A stretch of 64,000 nucleotides of DNA, taken from the NCBI GenBank assembly GCA_944390405.1, contig CALXPS010000003.1, positions 1,937 to 65,936 on the forward strand, in the 5' to 3' direction. Of this stretch, positions 1-7,903 are shown one piece after another. The position numbers and the translations under genes were made by a program. Below the pieces are notes generated by a model. The model had not been told where the DNA came from. It worked only from the letters and a program-made list of their open reading frames with translations, and did no database searches. Within the stretch, counting starts at the first letter, position 1. Each line of letters opens with the position of its first letter. Source of the stretch: an uncultured Clostridia bacterium. GTDB taxonomy: Bacteria; Bacillota; Clostridia; TANB77; CAG-508.

Positions 1-254
1 TTGACGCAATTTTTTACTTAGAAAATAATGATAATGACAAAGAATCTGTATTTTATTATTTAGCCAATAAATATAAAGTAGGAAATAGTAGTGTTAGTAG
101 AGCAATGCAAACAGCAATAAATAATGCATGGAGAAAATCACCAATAGAAGATCTAATGCTACATTATAAAGCACGAATAAATTATGAAACAGGAGTACCA
201 ACTCCAACAGAATTTATATATTATTATGCGGAGAAAATAAGGAAATTCATATAA
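1..254 (+). CDS. 3' end of a Spo0A C-terminal-domain (Spo0A_C-like) DNA-binding protein; 5' end lies outside the window
   Basis: Frame 3 reads ...SVSRAMQTAINNAWRKSP...GVPTPTEFIYYYAEKIRKFI*. This resembles the SRVERAIRHAIEVAW / KPTNSEFIAMVADKL pattern of Spo0A effector domains but is diverged from true Spo0A. Stop TAA 252-254. Confidence 0.5.
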   Translation, partial: DAIFYLENNDNDKESVFYYLANKYKVGNSSVSRAMQTAINNAWRKSPIEDLMLHYKARINYETGVPTPTEFIYYYAEKIRKFI

Positions 255-268
255 TTTCCTTATTTTTG
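239..268 (+). terminator. Rho-independent terminator overlapping the stop codon
   Basis: aaggaaat / atttcctt 8-bp stem, 7-nt loop, followed by a T-run (atttttg). Confidence 0.6.
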
Positions 269-371
269 TATATAAATGCATTCTTTTTCCACCCAATAAC
301 TACCTAAAAATTAGAAATTAGGTGTTATTTTTTTTGTGTGCAAAAGAAAAACGCAAAAGGAGGTGGGAAAA

Positions 372-413
372 ATGTGGGAATGGTTGATGTATTTAATATC
401 ATATTGGGCATAA
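372..413 (+). CDS. 13-codon Trp-rich micro-ORF (MWEWLMYLISYWA); candidate leader or signal peptide
   Basis: Near-perfect SD AAGGAGGTG ends 6 nt before the ATG. The ORF is immediately followed by the 23-bp hairpin. No homology is claimed. Confidence 0.25.
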   Translation: MWEWLMYLISYWA

Positions 414-432
414 TGATATAATATAAAGCATA

Positions 433-484
433 AGACTAGTCAAACTGTATGTTTTGTTACTAAAACATACAGTTTGACTAGTCT
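433..484. repeat. Perfect 23-bp inverted repeat (hairpin, 6-nt loop)
   Basis: agactagtcaaactgtatgtttt-gttact-aaaacatacagtttgactagtct. A T-run (gtttttt) starts 5 nt downstream. Lies 40 nt upstream of the kinase ATG. Confidence 0.85.
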
Positions 485-524
485 CTATGTTTTTTGTATA
501 ATATCTTAATAAGAAAGGGTATAT

Positions 525-2051
525 ATGGAAATAATAGATATAGTAAATAATATTGCAAAAGTTAGTGGTATGAGTTTTTTAACATATTTAGTTTTAGTAA
601 AATTTATAGATTATAAAGGAAATAGTCCAACTAAAATGTCAATGGTTATTGTTGCTAGTATTTTAGAAGCAATATTGTACATGATTTTTGTACAGTATTT
701 ACAAGGTATATTATCAATTGTAACTATTTATATATTGCATAGTTTGGTAATTTGCAAAATATTAAAAAGAAAAATAGTATATTCAATAACAATTACATGT
801 ATTTCATTTACTATAGTATATCTACTATATATAATTTCAATTTTGTTATCAGGATTTATTTTGAAAATTATATTCCAACAAATTAACCATAATAATATAT
901 TAATTTTAATATTGGCATATATTATTGAAAATGTTATATTATATTATTTTTTTAGCAAAAAAAGATTTAAAAATGGAATTCCTTTTTTAAAAAATGAAGA
1001 CAAAGTAAGCAATATTGGTTTAAGCGTGATTTTTATTGGGATAGCAATAGTAGTGTTTATATTACTTAATGATTATAGAGGATATAAATTTAACACATAT
1101 TTATTATTATGTATAGTAATCGAAACAATCTGCATAATTATTTGGATTCGTAGAAAAATTACAAAATACTATAAACAAAAACTAAAAGAGAGAACTATAG
1201 AAGATCTAGAAAAGGAAATAGAACAAAAGGAAGAACAAATTAATAAAATTTTAGAAGAGAATAGAACCATTGCTACAATAAATCATAAATATAGTAATAG
1301 AATACAAGCATTAGAGCAAATATCATCACAAATATTATCAAAACCAGGAATTATAGAAAAAATAAAAACAGAATTCGGAACAGATTTTGGAGATATTCAA
1401 AATCAAATAAACAAAATATCAGAAGAATTTTCTACTGAAATAAAAGAAAAAATAAAACAAGACAAACAATTAATAAAAACAGGGATATTTGGAATAGATA
1501 ATATTTTAGAATATATGAGGACAGAAGCAGAAAAAAATAATATAAAATTCGATTTTAAAACAAATGCTAACATGAATTACATGGTAGAAAATATAATAGA
1601 CCAAAGCAAACTAGAAACATTATTAGCAGACCATATAAAAGATGCCATTATAGCAATAAATAGCAGTAACAATAAACATAAAAGCATATTAACAACAATA
1701 AGCATAATAAAAAATTATTATGAAATTTGTATATATGATACTGGTATAGAATTTGAAATAAAAACTTTACTAAACCTAGGAGTAAAACCAGTAACTACTC
1801 ACAAAAGAACAGGAGGAAGTGGAACAGGATTTATAACGACTTTTAAAACTTTGAAAGAAACAAATGCAAGCTTAATAATAGAAGAAAAGCACCCAATGAA
1901 TAATACAGACTATACAAAAGTAGTAAGAATAAGATTTGATGGAAAAAATGAATATAATATATGTTCATATAGAGCAGAAAAAATTATAGAACAAAACAAA
2001 AACAATGGTAGTATTATAAAAAAAATAAATGTAATAAACACTCCTAAATAA
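525..2051 (+). CDS. Membrane sensor histidine kinase-like protein (multi-TM N-terminus, coiled coil, GHKL ATPase)
   Basis: About 6-7 hydrophobic helices, then KQKLKERTIEDLEKEIEQKEEQ coiled coil. Candidate H-box is ATINHKYSNRIQ, N-box-like DHIKDAIIAI, G-boxes YDTGIEF and GGSGTGF. No adjacent receiver gene. Confidence 0.55.
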   Translation: MEIIDIVNNIAKVSGMSFLTYLVLVKFIDYKGNSPTKMSMVIVASILEAILYMIFVQYLQGILSIVTIYILHSLVICKILKRKIVYSITITCISFTIVYLLYIISILLSGFILKIIFQQINHNNILILILAYIIENVILYYFFSKKRFKNGIPFLKNEDKVSNIGLSVIFIGIAIVVFILLNDYRGYKFNTYLLLCIVIETICIIIWIRRKITKYYKQKLKERTIEDLEKEIEQKEEQINKILEENRTIATINHKYSNRIQALEQISSQILSKPGIIEKIKTEFGTDFGDIQNQINKISEEFSTEIKEKIKQDKQLIKTGIFGIDNILEYMRTEAEKNNIKFDFKTNANMNYMVENIIDQSKLETLLADHIKDAIIAINSSNNKHKSILTTISIIKNYYEICIYDTGIEFEIKTLLNLGVKPVTTHKRTGGSGTGFITTFKTLKETNASLIIEEKHPMNNTDYTKVVRIRFDGKNEYNICSYRAEKIIEQNKNNGSIIKKINVINTPK

Positions 2052-2087
2052 GCATATAATTTAATAGCTTATTTAAGGAGGTTTTTT

Positions 2088-2859
2088 ATGTTTTTAGTAT
2101 TCAATAAGGATAAGATAATGGCAGTTATAGTGGCATGTTGTACTGTTTTTGTATTATTTTTAATGACAGCATTTTTCACAAAAAGTCCTGGTGATACAAT
2201 AGAAACAGCAGTAACAGCAAAACAACTTCCTATATATAGTGTAAAAACAGAAGAGGCAAAAGTTGCATTGACAATAAATTGTGCATGGAATGCAGATGAT
2301 ATTGATAAAATATTAGAAACATTAGAAAAACAACAAGTTAAAGTTACATTTTTTATGGTAGGAGATTGGATAGAAAAAAATAAAGAATCCGCAGAAAAGA
2401 TATATAAAGCAGGGCATGAATTAGGAAATCATTCATATAATCATCCTCATGTAAACAATTTAAATTATGATAAAAATGCAGAACAAATACGAAAATGTTC
2501 AGAACTAATTAAAGAAATAACAGGAAATCCAAGTACTTTATATAGAGGACCATATGGAGAGTATAATGACACAGTAATACGGAGCTGCAAAAGATTTAAA
2601 CCACATAACAATACAATGGTCAATAGATACATTAGACTATAAAGCATTAACTGGAGAACAGATGTGGGAAAGAATAGAACCAAAACTTGAAAATGGAAGT
2701 ATAATATTAATGCATAATGGAACAGAAAATACAGCAAATAGCTTGGATATGATAATTACAAACATAAAAAATAAAGGATATAATATTGTACCTGTATCAG
2801 ATTTAATATATAAAGAAAATTATAGTATAGATAATAATGGAGTTCAATGTAAACAATAA
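2088..2859 (+). pseudogene. Polysaccharide deacetylase (NodB homology domain, PdaB-like); frame breaks at in-frame CGG 2580-2582
   Basis: The first ORF carries NodB motifs (TFFMVGDW, HELGNHSYNHP, YRGPYGEYND). From 2581 the +1 frame reads GAAKDLNHITIQWSIDTLDYKALTGEQMWERI...GSIILMHNG to stop 2857-2859. Confidence 0.75.
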
Positions 2860-2880
2860 ATGAGGCAAAATGCCTCATTT
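2860..2880. terminator. Bidirectional terminator hairpin between convergent genes
   Basis: atgaggca-aaa-tgcctcat followed by tt. Confidence 0.55.
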
Positions 2881-2887
2881 ACAAATA

Positions 2888-3103
2888 TTATTTCTTATCA
2901 GGTATGTATTCTAATAATTCCGAAATTTCACAATCGAAAGCTTTACAAATACTATCCAAATGTTTTATATCTATTCTTTTTATTTCTTCATAGTACATCT
3001 TAGAAATTGTAGCAGGTCGTATATGAGTTATGTCTGCTAAGGCTTTTTGTGTCATCTTATGTTGTCCTAATAAATTAGAAAGTTTAAATTTAATCATAGG
3101 CAA
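2888..3103 (-). CDS. XRE-family helix-turn-helix transcriptional regulator (71 aa)
   Basis: LGQHKMTQKALADITHIRPATISKMY is a typical Cro/C1 HTH. Confidence 0.8.
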   Translation of the reverse strand: MPMIKFKLSNLLGQHKMTQKALADITHIRPATISKMYYEEIKRIDIKHLDSICKAFDCEISELLEYIPDKK

Positions 3104-3256
3104 ATCTCCTCTCTGAAAGTAATTAGTAGTATTTTATCATTTATTGTCGAAAAATGACACACGAATACAATAATATAACGTTAACCGTAATAAAAAGTTG
3201 CCTAACAGTAAAAACAATGATATAATATTAGGAAATGGAAAATAAGAGGTATAAAA

Positions 3257-3484
3257 ATGGTAAAATATAAAAATAATATAAATATGAAAATAGAAAAAGA
3301 CTGGAAAATGAAAAGTAAAGAATATTTAATAGAAATACAAAAATTTTTAGACAAAGTGGACAATATAGAAAATGAAACTTTACGAAAAGAAATAATTATC
3401 CAAATGTTAAGATGTGATGAAGAATTAACGAAAATTGCTGAAGAAAAGTTTCAAGAATATTATGAACAGGGGAAAAAATGTTAA
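3257..3484 (+). CDS. Small hypothetical protein (75 aa)
   Basis: ORF with AAGAGG 7 nt upstream. Divergent from the XRE gene. No recognisable domain. Confidence 0.35.
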   Translation: MVKYKNNINMKIEKDWKMKSKEYLIEIQKFLDKVDNIENETLRKEIIIQMLRCDEELTKIAEEKFQEYYEQGKKC

Positions 3485-3825
3485 AGAAAATATCTACTGG
3501 ATTAATTGCAGGACTAATTAGTGGATTATTTGCAGCAGGTGGAGGAATGATAGTTGTTCCAGCATTGATTCATTTATTTAAATTAGAAGATGCGAAAGCA
3601 AGAGCAACCTCAGTATTTGCAATATTGCCAATGGTAATTACAAGTGGAATTTTTTATTATAGGAATGATTATATTGATTGGAATTTAGGAATAAAATGTG
3701 CCTTAGGAGGAACAATAGGAGGAATAATAGGAGCAAAATTATTAAAAAAAATGTCAACAAAAACATTAAAAATAATGTTTTTAATGTTTTTAATATATAC
3801 ATCAGTTAAAATGATTATGGTATGA
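3478..3825 (+). CDS. TauE/SafE (DUF81) family membrane transporter, N-terminal half-size protein
   Basis: GLIAGLISGLFAAGGGMIVVPALI motif and hydrophobic helices. The stop overlaps the next start (ATGA). Confidence 0.7.
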   Translation: MLKKISTGLIAGLISGLFAAGGGMIVVPALIHLFKLEDAKARATSVFAILPMVITSGIFYYRNDYIDWNLGIKCALGGTIGGIIGAKLLKKMSTKTLKIMFLMFLIYTSVKMIMV

Positions 3826-4370
3826 AAGGAAAACATATGTGGGAATTTATAACAGGACTAATTTCTGGAACTATTAGCGGAACAGGAATGGGAGGAGGAA
3901 CAATATTAATACTTGTTCTTTCTATTTTTTTAGGAGTAGAACAACACAAAGCACAAGCAACAAATTTAGTATTCTTTATACCAACATCTATAGCCGCAAT
4001 TATAGTTTCAATAAAATCTAAATTGATAGAATGGAAAATAGGCATGACTCTAGCATTAAGTGGAATAATAGGAGCAATAATAGGAGCTAATATTTCTGCA
4101 AAACTAGAAGTAAATGAGTTAAAAAGATACTTTGGAATATTTTTAATGATAATTGCAATATATGAAACATATTCAATAATAAAAGAGTATAAAAAGACAA
4201 AAAATACAGATAATATTAAAGAAAAAAATAAGGTAGGAGGAAGAAAAAATGAAATTTGTAAAAGGAGTATTAATAGGTTCAGCAGTAGCTACGGCTGCTT
4301 ACATGATGTATTCAGAAGGAATGTTAAACAAGAAAAAAATGATGAAACAAGCAAGAAGATGGGCACATAA
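3822..4370 (+). CDS. TauE/SafE family membrane transporter, second half-size protein (3' end uncertain)
   Basis: GLISGTISGTGMGGGTILILVL motif. The last ~45 codons are non-hydrophobic read-through and overlap the 4249-4389 ORF. Confidence 0.6.
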   Translation: MKGKHMWEFITGLISGTISGTGMGGGTILILVLSIFLGVEQHKAQATNLVFFIPTSIAAIIVSIKSKLIEWKIGMTLALSGIIGAIIGANISAKLEVNELKRYFGIFLMIIAIYETYSIIKEYKKTKNTDNIKEKNKVGGRKNEICKRSINRFSSSYGCLHDVFRRNVKQEKNDETSKKMGT

Positions 4371-4389
4371 AATGGGAATAAACTGCTAA
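4249..4389 (+). CDS. Small membrane-anchored protein (46 aa, MKFVKGVLIGSAVATAAYMMY...)
   Basis: SD GGTAGGAGG lies upstream of the ATG. One TM helix plus a basic tail. Followed by the terminator at 4396-4427. Below the ORF-track size cutoff. Confidence 0.4.
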   Translation: MKFVKGVLIGSAVATAAYMMYSEGMLNKKKMMKQARRWAHKMGINC

Positions 4390-4395
4390 AAAAAT

Positions 4396-4427
4396 AAAGC
4401 CAATGGAACATTTATCCAATTGGCTTT
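4396..4427. terminator. Bidirectional terminator hairpin
   Basis: aaagccaatgg ... ccaattggcttt stem between convergent genes. Confidence 0.55.
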
Positions 4428-5280
4428 AAAATTTAACAAATTTATATACTGCTTCTGCAAAGCCACCTTTCTCAACAGGATTTACAGTAGTATAGTTAGC
4501 AACTTTCTTTAATTCGTCGTAAGCATTTGCAACAGCAACACCAACTCCCGCATTTTTAACCATATCAAAATCATTTAAATTATCACCAATAGTAAGCATT
4601 TCATCAGTCTTAATATTGAGATAATTTCCTAAAATCTGCAAAGCGGTATCTTTGTTTACATTTTTTGGTGTTATATCAATATATTCATATTCTTTATTTA
4701 TAACATAGTCCTTGTACTCATCAAATTTTCTGATAGTTGTAGCAACTACATCTAAAACAGATAAAATTTCATGTTTCACAGCTTCAGTAGATGAGGTACT
4801 AGTAATTACTAATTTACATACTTGAATATTATGATCAAAAACATATTTCCTTATGTCATTAACTATTCTAAACTCCATAGTAGGATTAGATTTGGCAGAA
4901 TCCTGTAATTTATAATTTCTCAAATCTAAATAAAGAAGTTGTTCTGAAATAACATCTTTATCAGTATATATATGAACATGTAAATGATGTTTCTTAGCAA
5001 TATCAATACAAGTTAAAACATCATCTTTAGATAATAAATTCTTATAAATTTCTTTTCCTGTTCGCAAATCAATTATTTGATTTCCATTACCAAAAATACC
5101 ATATGAAGCGTTAATTTCTGAACAAATTTTCTTAGTTATAGGATAAGTTTTACCAGTACATATTACAAAATCTAAATTATTATTATTTAAATCATTGATT
5201 GCTTTAAAGTTGTTTTCGTAAATATAATTATTTTTATCAATAATAGTGCCATCTAAATCACTAGCCACTAATTTAATCAT
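4426..5280 (-). CDS. Cof-type HAD-IIB family hydrolase / sugar phosphatase
   Basis: MIKLVASDLDGTIID (DxDGT motif I) and GDNLNDFDM (motif IV). The start is moved to ATG 5280, because the upstream ORF-track extension has no RBS. Confidence 0.8.
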   Translation of the reverse strand: MIKLVASDLDGTIIDKNNYIYENNFKAINDLNNNNLDFVICTGKTYPITKKICSEINASYGIFGNGNQIIDLRTGKEIYKNLLSKDDVLTCIDIAKKHHLHVHIYTDKDVISEQLLYLDLRNYKLQDSAKSNPTMEFRIVNDIRKYVFDHNIQVCKLVITSTSSTEAVKHEILSVLDVVATTIRKFDEYKDYVINKEYEYIDITPKNVNKDTALQILGNYLNIKTDEMLTIGDNLNDFDMVKNAGVGVAVANAYDELKKVANYTTVNPVEKGGFAEAVYKFVKF

Positions 5281-5455
5281 ATCTATAACCCCCAACGAAT
5301 TAATTATAACATAAAAGGGGAAAAAAGTAAAACAGAATGTTACAAAAATGTTACAAAAATATTTCATTTATAAAACATTCATAAAAACTATTGACATTTT
5401 ATGAAAAAAATATATAATATTAGCATATCGTACCGAGGATTATAGGAGGGTTAAA

Positions 5456-5917
5456 ATGGCAGTAGCAATAGTAAATAAGGTTTTAGATGCTTTAGGGTTT
5501 GCAAATGATAGTGAAGAAGAAACAGAAAATGAGGATATATATGAATTAGAAGATGAAAGAGAAGAAGAAGTTGAAGAAAGAGGATTGTTTGGTTCAAAGA
5601 AAAATAAAATAGTAAATATGCCACAAGTACAATCAGTAAAAATGGTTATAACACAACCAACATCTTTTGAACAATCAGAAGAATTGTGCAATTATTTAAA
5701 AGAAAAAAAATCAATAATAGTTAATTTAGAATATGTAAACAAAGATGTTGCAAGAAGAATAATAGACTTTTTAAGTGGAGCAGTACATGCCTTAAATGGA
5801 CATATTCAAAAAGTATCAAACTCAATTTTCTTAATTGCACCAGTAAACTATGATATAGAAAGTGACTTAGCTAGAGAAGAATTAAAAAGTAAATTATCAG
5901 TATCTTGGCTAAAATAA
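5456..5917 (+). CDS. sepF: Cell division protein SepF
   Basis: Acidic linker followed by MVITQPTSFEQSEELCNYLKEKKSIIVNLEYVNKDVARRIIDFLSGAVHALNG, a SepF core. Confidence 0.85.
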   Translation: MAVAIVNKVLDALGFANDSEEETENEDIYELEDEREEEVEERGLFGSKKNKIVNMPQVQSVKMVITQPTSFEQSEELCNYLKEKKSIIVNLEYVNKDVARRIIDFLSGAVHALNGHIQKVSNSIFLIAPVNYDIESDLAREELKSKLSVSWLK

Positions 5918-5936
5918 TTAATAGGGGGACAGGCAT

Positions 5937-6392
5937 ATGATAACACCATTAGATATAGAAAATAAAAAATTTTCAAAACAAATGGTAAATGGCTACAATG
6001 TGGATGAAGTTGATGAATTCTTAGATGAAATAACAGCAGATTATGAGAAGTTGTATAAAGAAAATAAAGAGTTAAAAGATAACACAGAGGAATTACATAA
6101 TGATGTTGGACAATATAAAACAATAGAATCAACACTTCAAAATACACTTGTAATAGCACAAAAAACGGCTGATGAAATACAAAACGTAGCAAAACAACAA
6201 GCAGAACAAATAATAAAAGATGCAGAACATAAAGCAAAAACTAGACTAGATGAGTTAAATACACAAATTATGATAAAAGAAAAAGAAATAGACGAACTAA
6301 AAAAACAATTTAGTGTTTATAAAGCAAAAATGGAATCACTTTTAATATCACAACTTGAATTAATAAAAGATATGGCAGAAGAAGATGAATAA
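5937..6392 (+). CDS. divIVA: DivIVA domain-containing cell division protein
   Basis: MITPLDIENKKFSKQMVNGYNVDEVDEFLDEI plus a coiled coil. Confidence 0.85.
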   Translation: MITPLDIENKKFSKQMVNGYNVDEVDEFLDEITADYEKLYKENKELKDNTEELHNDVGQYKTIESTLQNTLVIAQKTADEIQNVAKQQAEQIIKDAEHKAKTRLDELNTQIMIKEKEIDELKKQFSVYKAKMESLLISQLELIKDMAEEDE

Positions 6393-6402
6393 AAATTAAA
6401 AA

Positions 6403-6435
6403 GCATGTAGGTTATAAGACCTGCATATTTTTTTG
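6403..6435 (+). terminator. Rho-independent terminator after divIVA
   Basis: catgtaggt...acctgcat stem followed by tttttttg. Confidence 0.6.
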
Positions 6436-6493
6436 CACCTAAAATATATATTATAAAAAAGAAATAAACATTAAAAATAGGAGATGATTAGAA

Positions 6494-7168
6494 ATGAAGA
6501 ATAAAAAGCTTTTTATTTTTAGTATTATCATAATTTGCTTAATATTAATAACATTTTTAATAAAAAATAATTATAATTTTTCAAAAAAAGGAAATAATAT
6601 GAGTAATAAATCAGCTGATGAAATTAAAGAATATATTTTAAATATAGAGTCATATCAAGCAATAGCAGAAGTTACAATAAAAAGTAATAAGAACGAAAAT
6701 ACTTATATAGTAGAACAAAGATATAATAGAGAAAATAATATGTACAGACAAGAAGTTTTAGAACCAGAAAACATAAAAGGAGTACAATTTATATATGATG
6801 GAACAAATCTAAAAGTAGAAAACACAAAATTGAATTTAAACAAAATCTATACAAATTATAATTATATAGAAAGTAATGAATTAGGTTTAGCATCATTTAT
6901 AGAAGATTATAAACAAAGCAATGAAGCAAAATGCATTGAAAAAAATGGAAAAGTAATATTAGAAACAGATATAAAAAAAGCAAATAAATATGTAGCAAAT
7001 AAAAAACTATATATAGATAAAGAAGAAGGGACAATAGAAAAATTAGAAATAAATGATACAGCACAAAATACCAGAATTTACATATTATATAATAAGATAG
7101 AAATAAATACACTATCAAAAGAAGAAGTATTGGCATTTTCACTAAAACCATTAGAACAAGATATTTAA
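6494..7168 (+). CDS. LolA-fold / DUF4367-like secreted (lipo)protein, GerS-like
   Basis: N-terminal signal/TM segment and a beta-rich body. Its position upstream of mazF recalls the gerS-alr-mazE-mazF neighbourhood of Clostridioides. The assignment is by resemblance only. Confidence 0.45.
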   Translation: MKNKKLFIFSIIIICLILITFLIKNNYNFSKKGNNMSNKSADEIKEYILNIESYQAIAEVTIKSNKNENTYIVEQRYNRENNMYRQEVLEPENIKGVQFIYDGTNLKVENTKLNLNKIYTNYNYIESNELGLASFIEDYKQSNEAKCIEKNGKVILETDIKKANKYVANKKLYIDKEEGTIEKLEINDTAQNTRIYILYNKIEINTLSKEEVLAFSLKPLEQDI

Positions 7169-7236
7169 CTTATGAAAAATGCAATCTCTGTTACCTATAT
7201 TTAAAATATAAAACAAATATAGCAGGAGTGAAGAAA

Positions 7237-7587
7237 ATGGTAATAAAAAGAGGAGACATGTTTTATGCAGATTTAAGCCCAGTAGTAGGTTCAGAGCAAG
7301 GAGGAATTAGACCGGTATTGGTAATACAAAATAACACAGGAAATAAATATAGTCCAACAGTTATTGTATCAGCAATAACATCACAACAAAACAAAAGCAA
7401 ATTGCCAACACATATTGAGTTGTCATCTGAAGAATTTGGATTAAAATCAGATTCAATTGTATTAACAGAACAAATAAGAACAATAGATAAAAGTAGGCTA
7501 AAAGAAAAAATAGGACATATAGATAATGATGCACTAATGTTACAAATTAATAATGCATTAGGAGTTAGCTTTGGATTAGGGGAATAA
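7237..7587 (+). CDS. mazF: Type II toxin MazF/EndoA (PemK family) mRNA interferase
   Basis: VIKRGDMFYADLSPVVGSEQGGIRPVLVIQNNTGNKYSPTVIVSAITS is near-identical in pattern to B. subtilis EndoA. AGGAG lies 10 nt before ATG 7237. Confidence 0.9.
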   Translation: MVIKRGDMFYADLSPVVGSEQGGIRPVLVIQNNTGNKYSPTVIVSAITSQQNKSKLPTHIELSSEEFGLKSDSIVLTEQIRTIDKSRLKEKIGHIDNDALMLQINNALGVSFGLGE

Positions 7588-7611
7588 ATTTAAAAAAAAT
7601 CACTAAAAGTA

Positions 7612-7641
7612 TTGACAAAACTATACTACACGCAGTATAAT
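7612..7641 (+). promoter_or_regulatory. Sigma-A type promoter of the ribosomal super-operon
   Basis: TTGACA, 18-nt spacer, TATAAT. The -10 box sits inside the palindrome ctacacgca...tgcgtgtag. Confidence 0.6.
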
Positions 7642-7647
7642 ATTTAT

Positions 7648-7903
7648 TGCGTGTAGATTTGCGTTGAAGCGAAATGTGGCTACACTTCTACAGTGGAGGG
7701 AACTTTCGTGGAGTATGTCTTGGCTTAGACCGGGCGGATAAGTTAGAAAATTAGCACTTGTCCTAGGTATAGACTTAGGATTAAAAAATGGATTTAAATG
7801 AAACACCAGGGTGCGTTAATAACTTTCCTAAGGCAAAGTAAGTATATTTCATAATGCCAAAGAAATATACCATTACTAAAAAATTAAAGGAGGGAATTTA
7901 ACA
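7648..7903 (+). promoter_or_regulatory. ~255-nt structured 5' leader (candidate r-protein leader or cis-regulatory RNA) upstream of rpsJ
   Basis: Locally much more G+C-rich than the flanks. Contains several helices (gtgtag/ctacac, tcctagg/cttagga). No credible ORF and no terminator before rpsJ. Confidence 0.45.

Noticed and set aside
3478-4370. Split TauE/SafE genes considered as a frameshifted pseudogene
   Set aside because: Both halves start with their own GxxxGxxGGG-type motif and are joined by an ATGA overlap with no disrupted motif. This is consistent with naturally occurring half-size pairs.
7169-7236. Possible mazE antitoxin ORF upstream of mazF
   Set aside because: The spacer is only 68 nt (7169-7236), and the longest ORF is 10 codons (MKNAISVTYI).
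7621-7806. 61-aa minus-strand ORF inside the rpsJ leader
   Set aside because: No RBS, and it lies in a G+C-rich structured segment. It is better explained as non-coding leader RNA.
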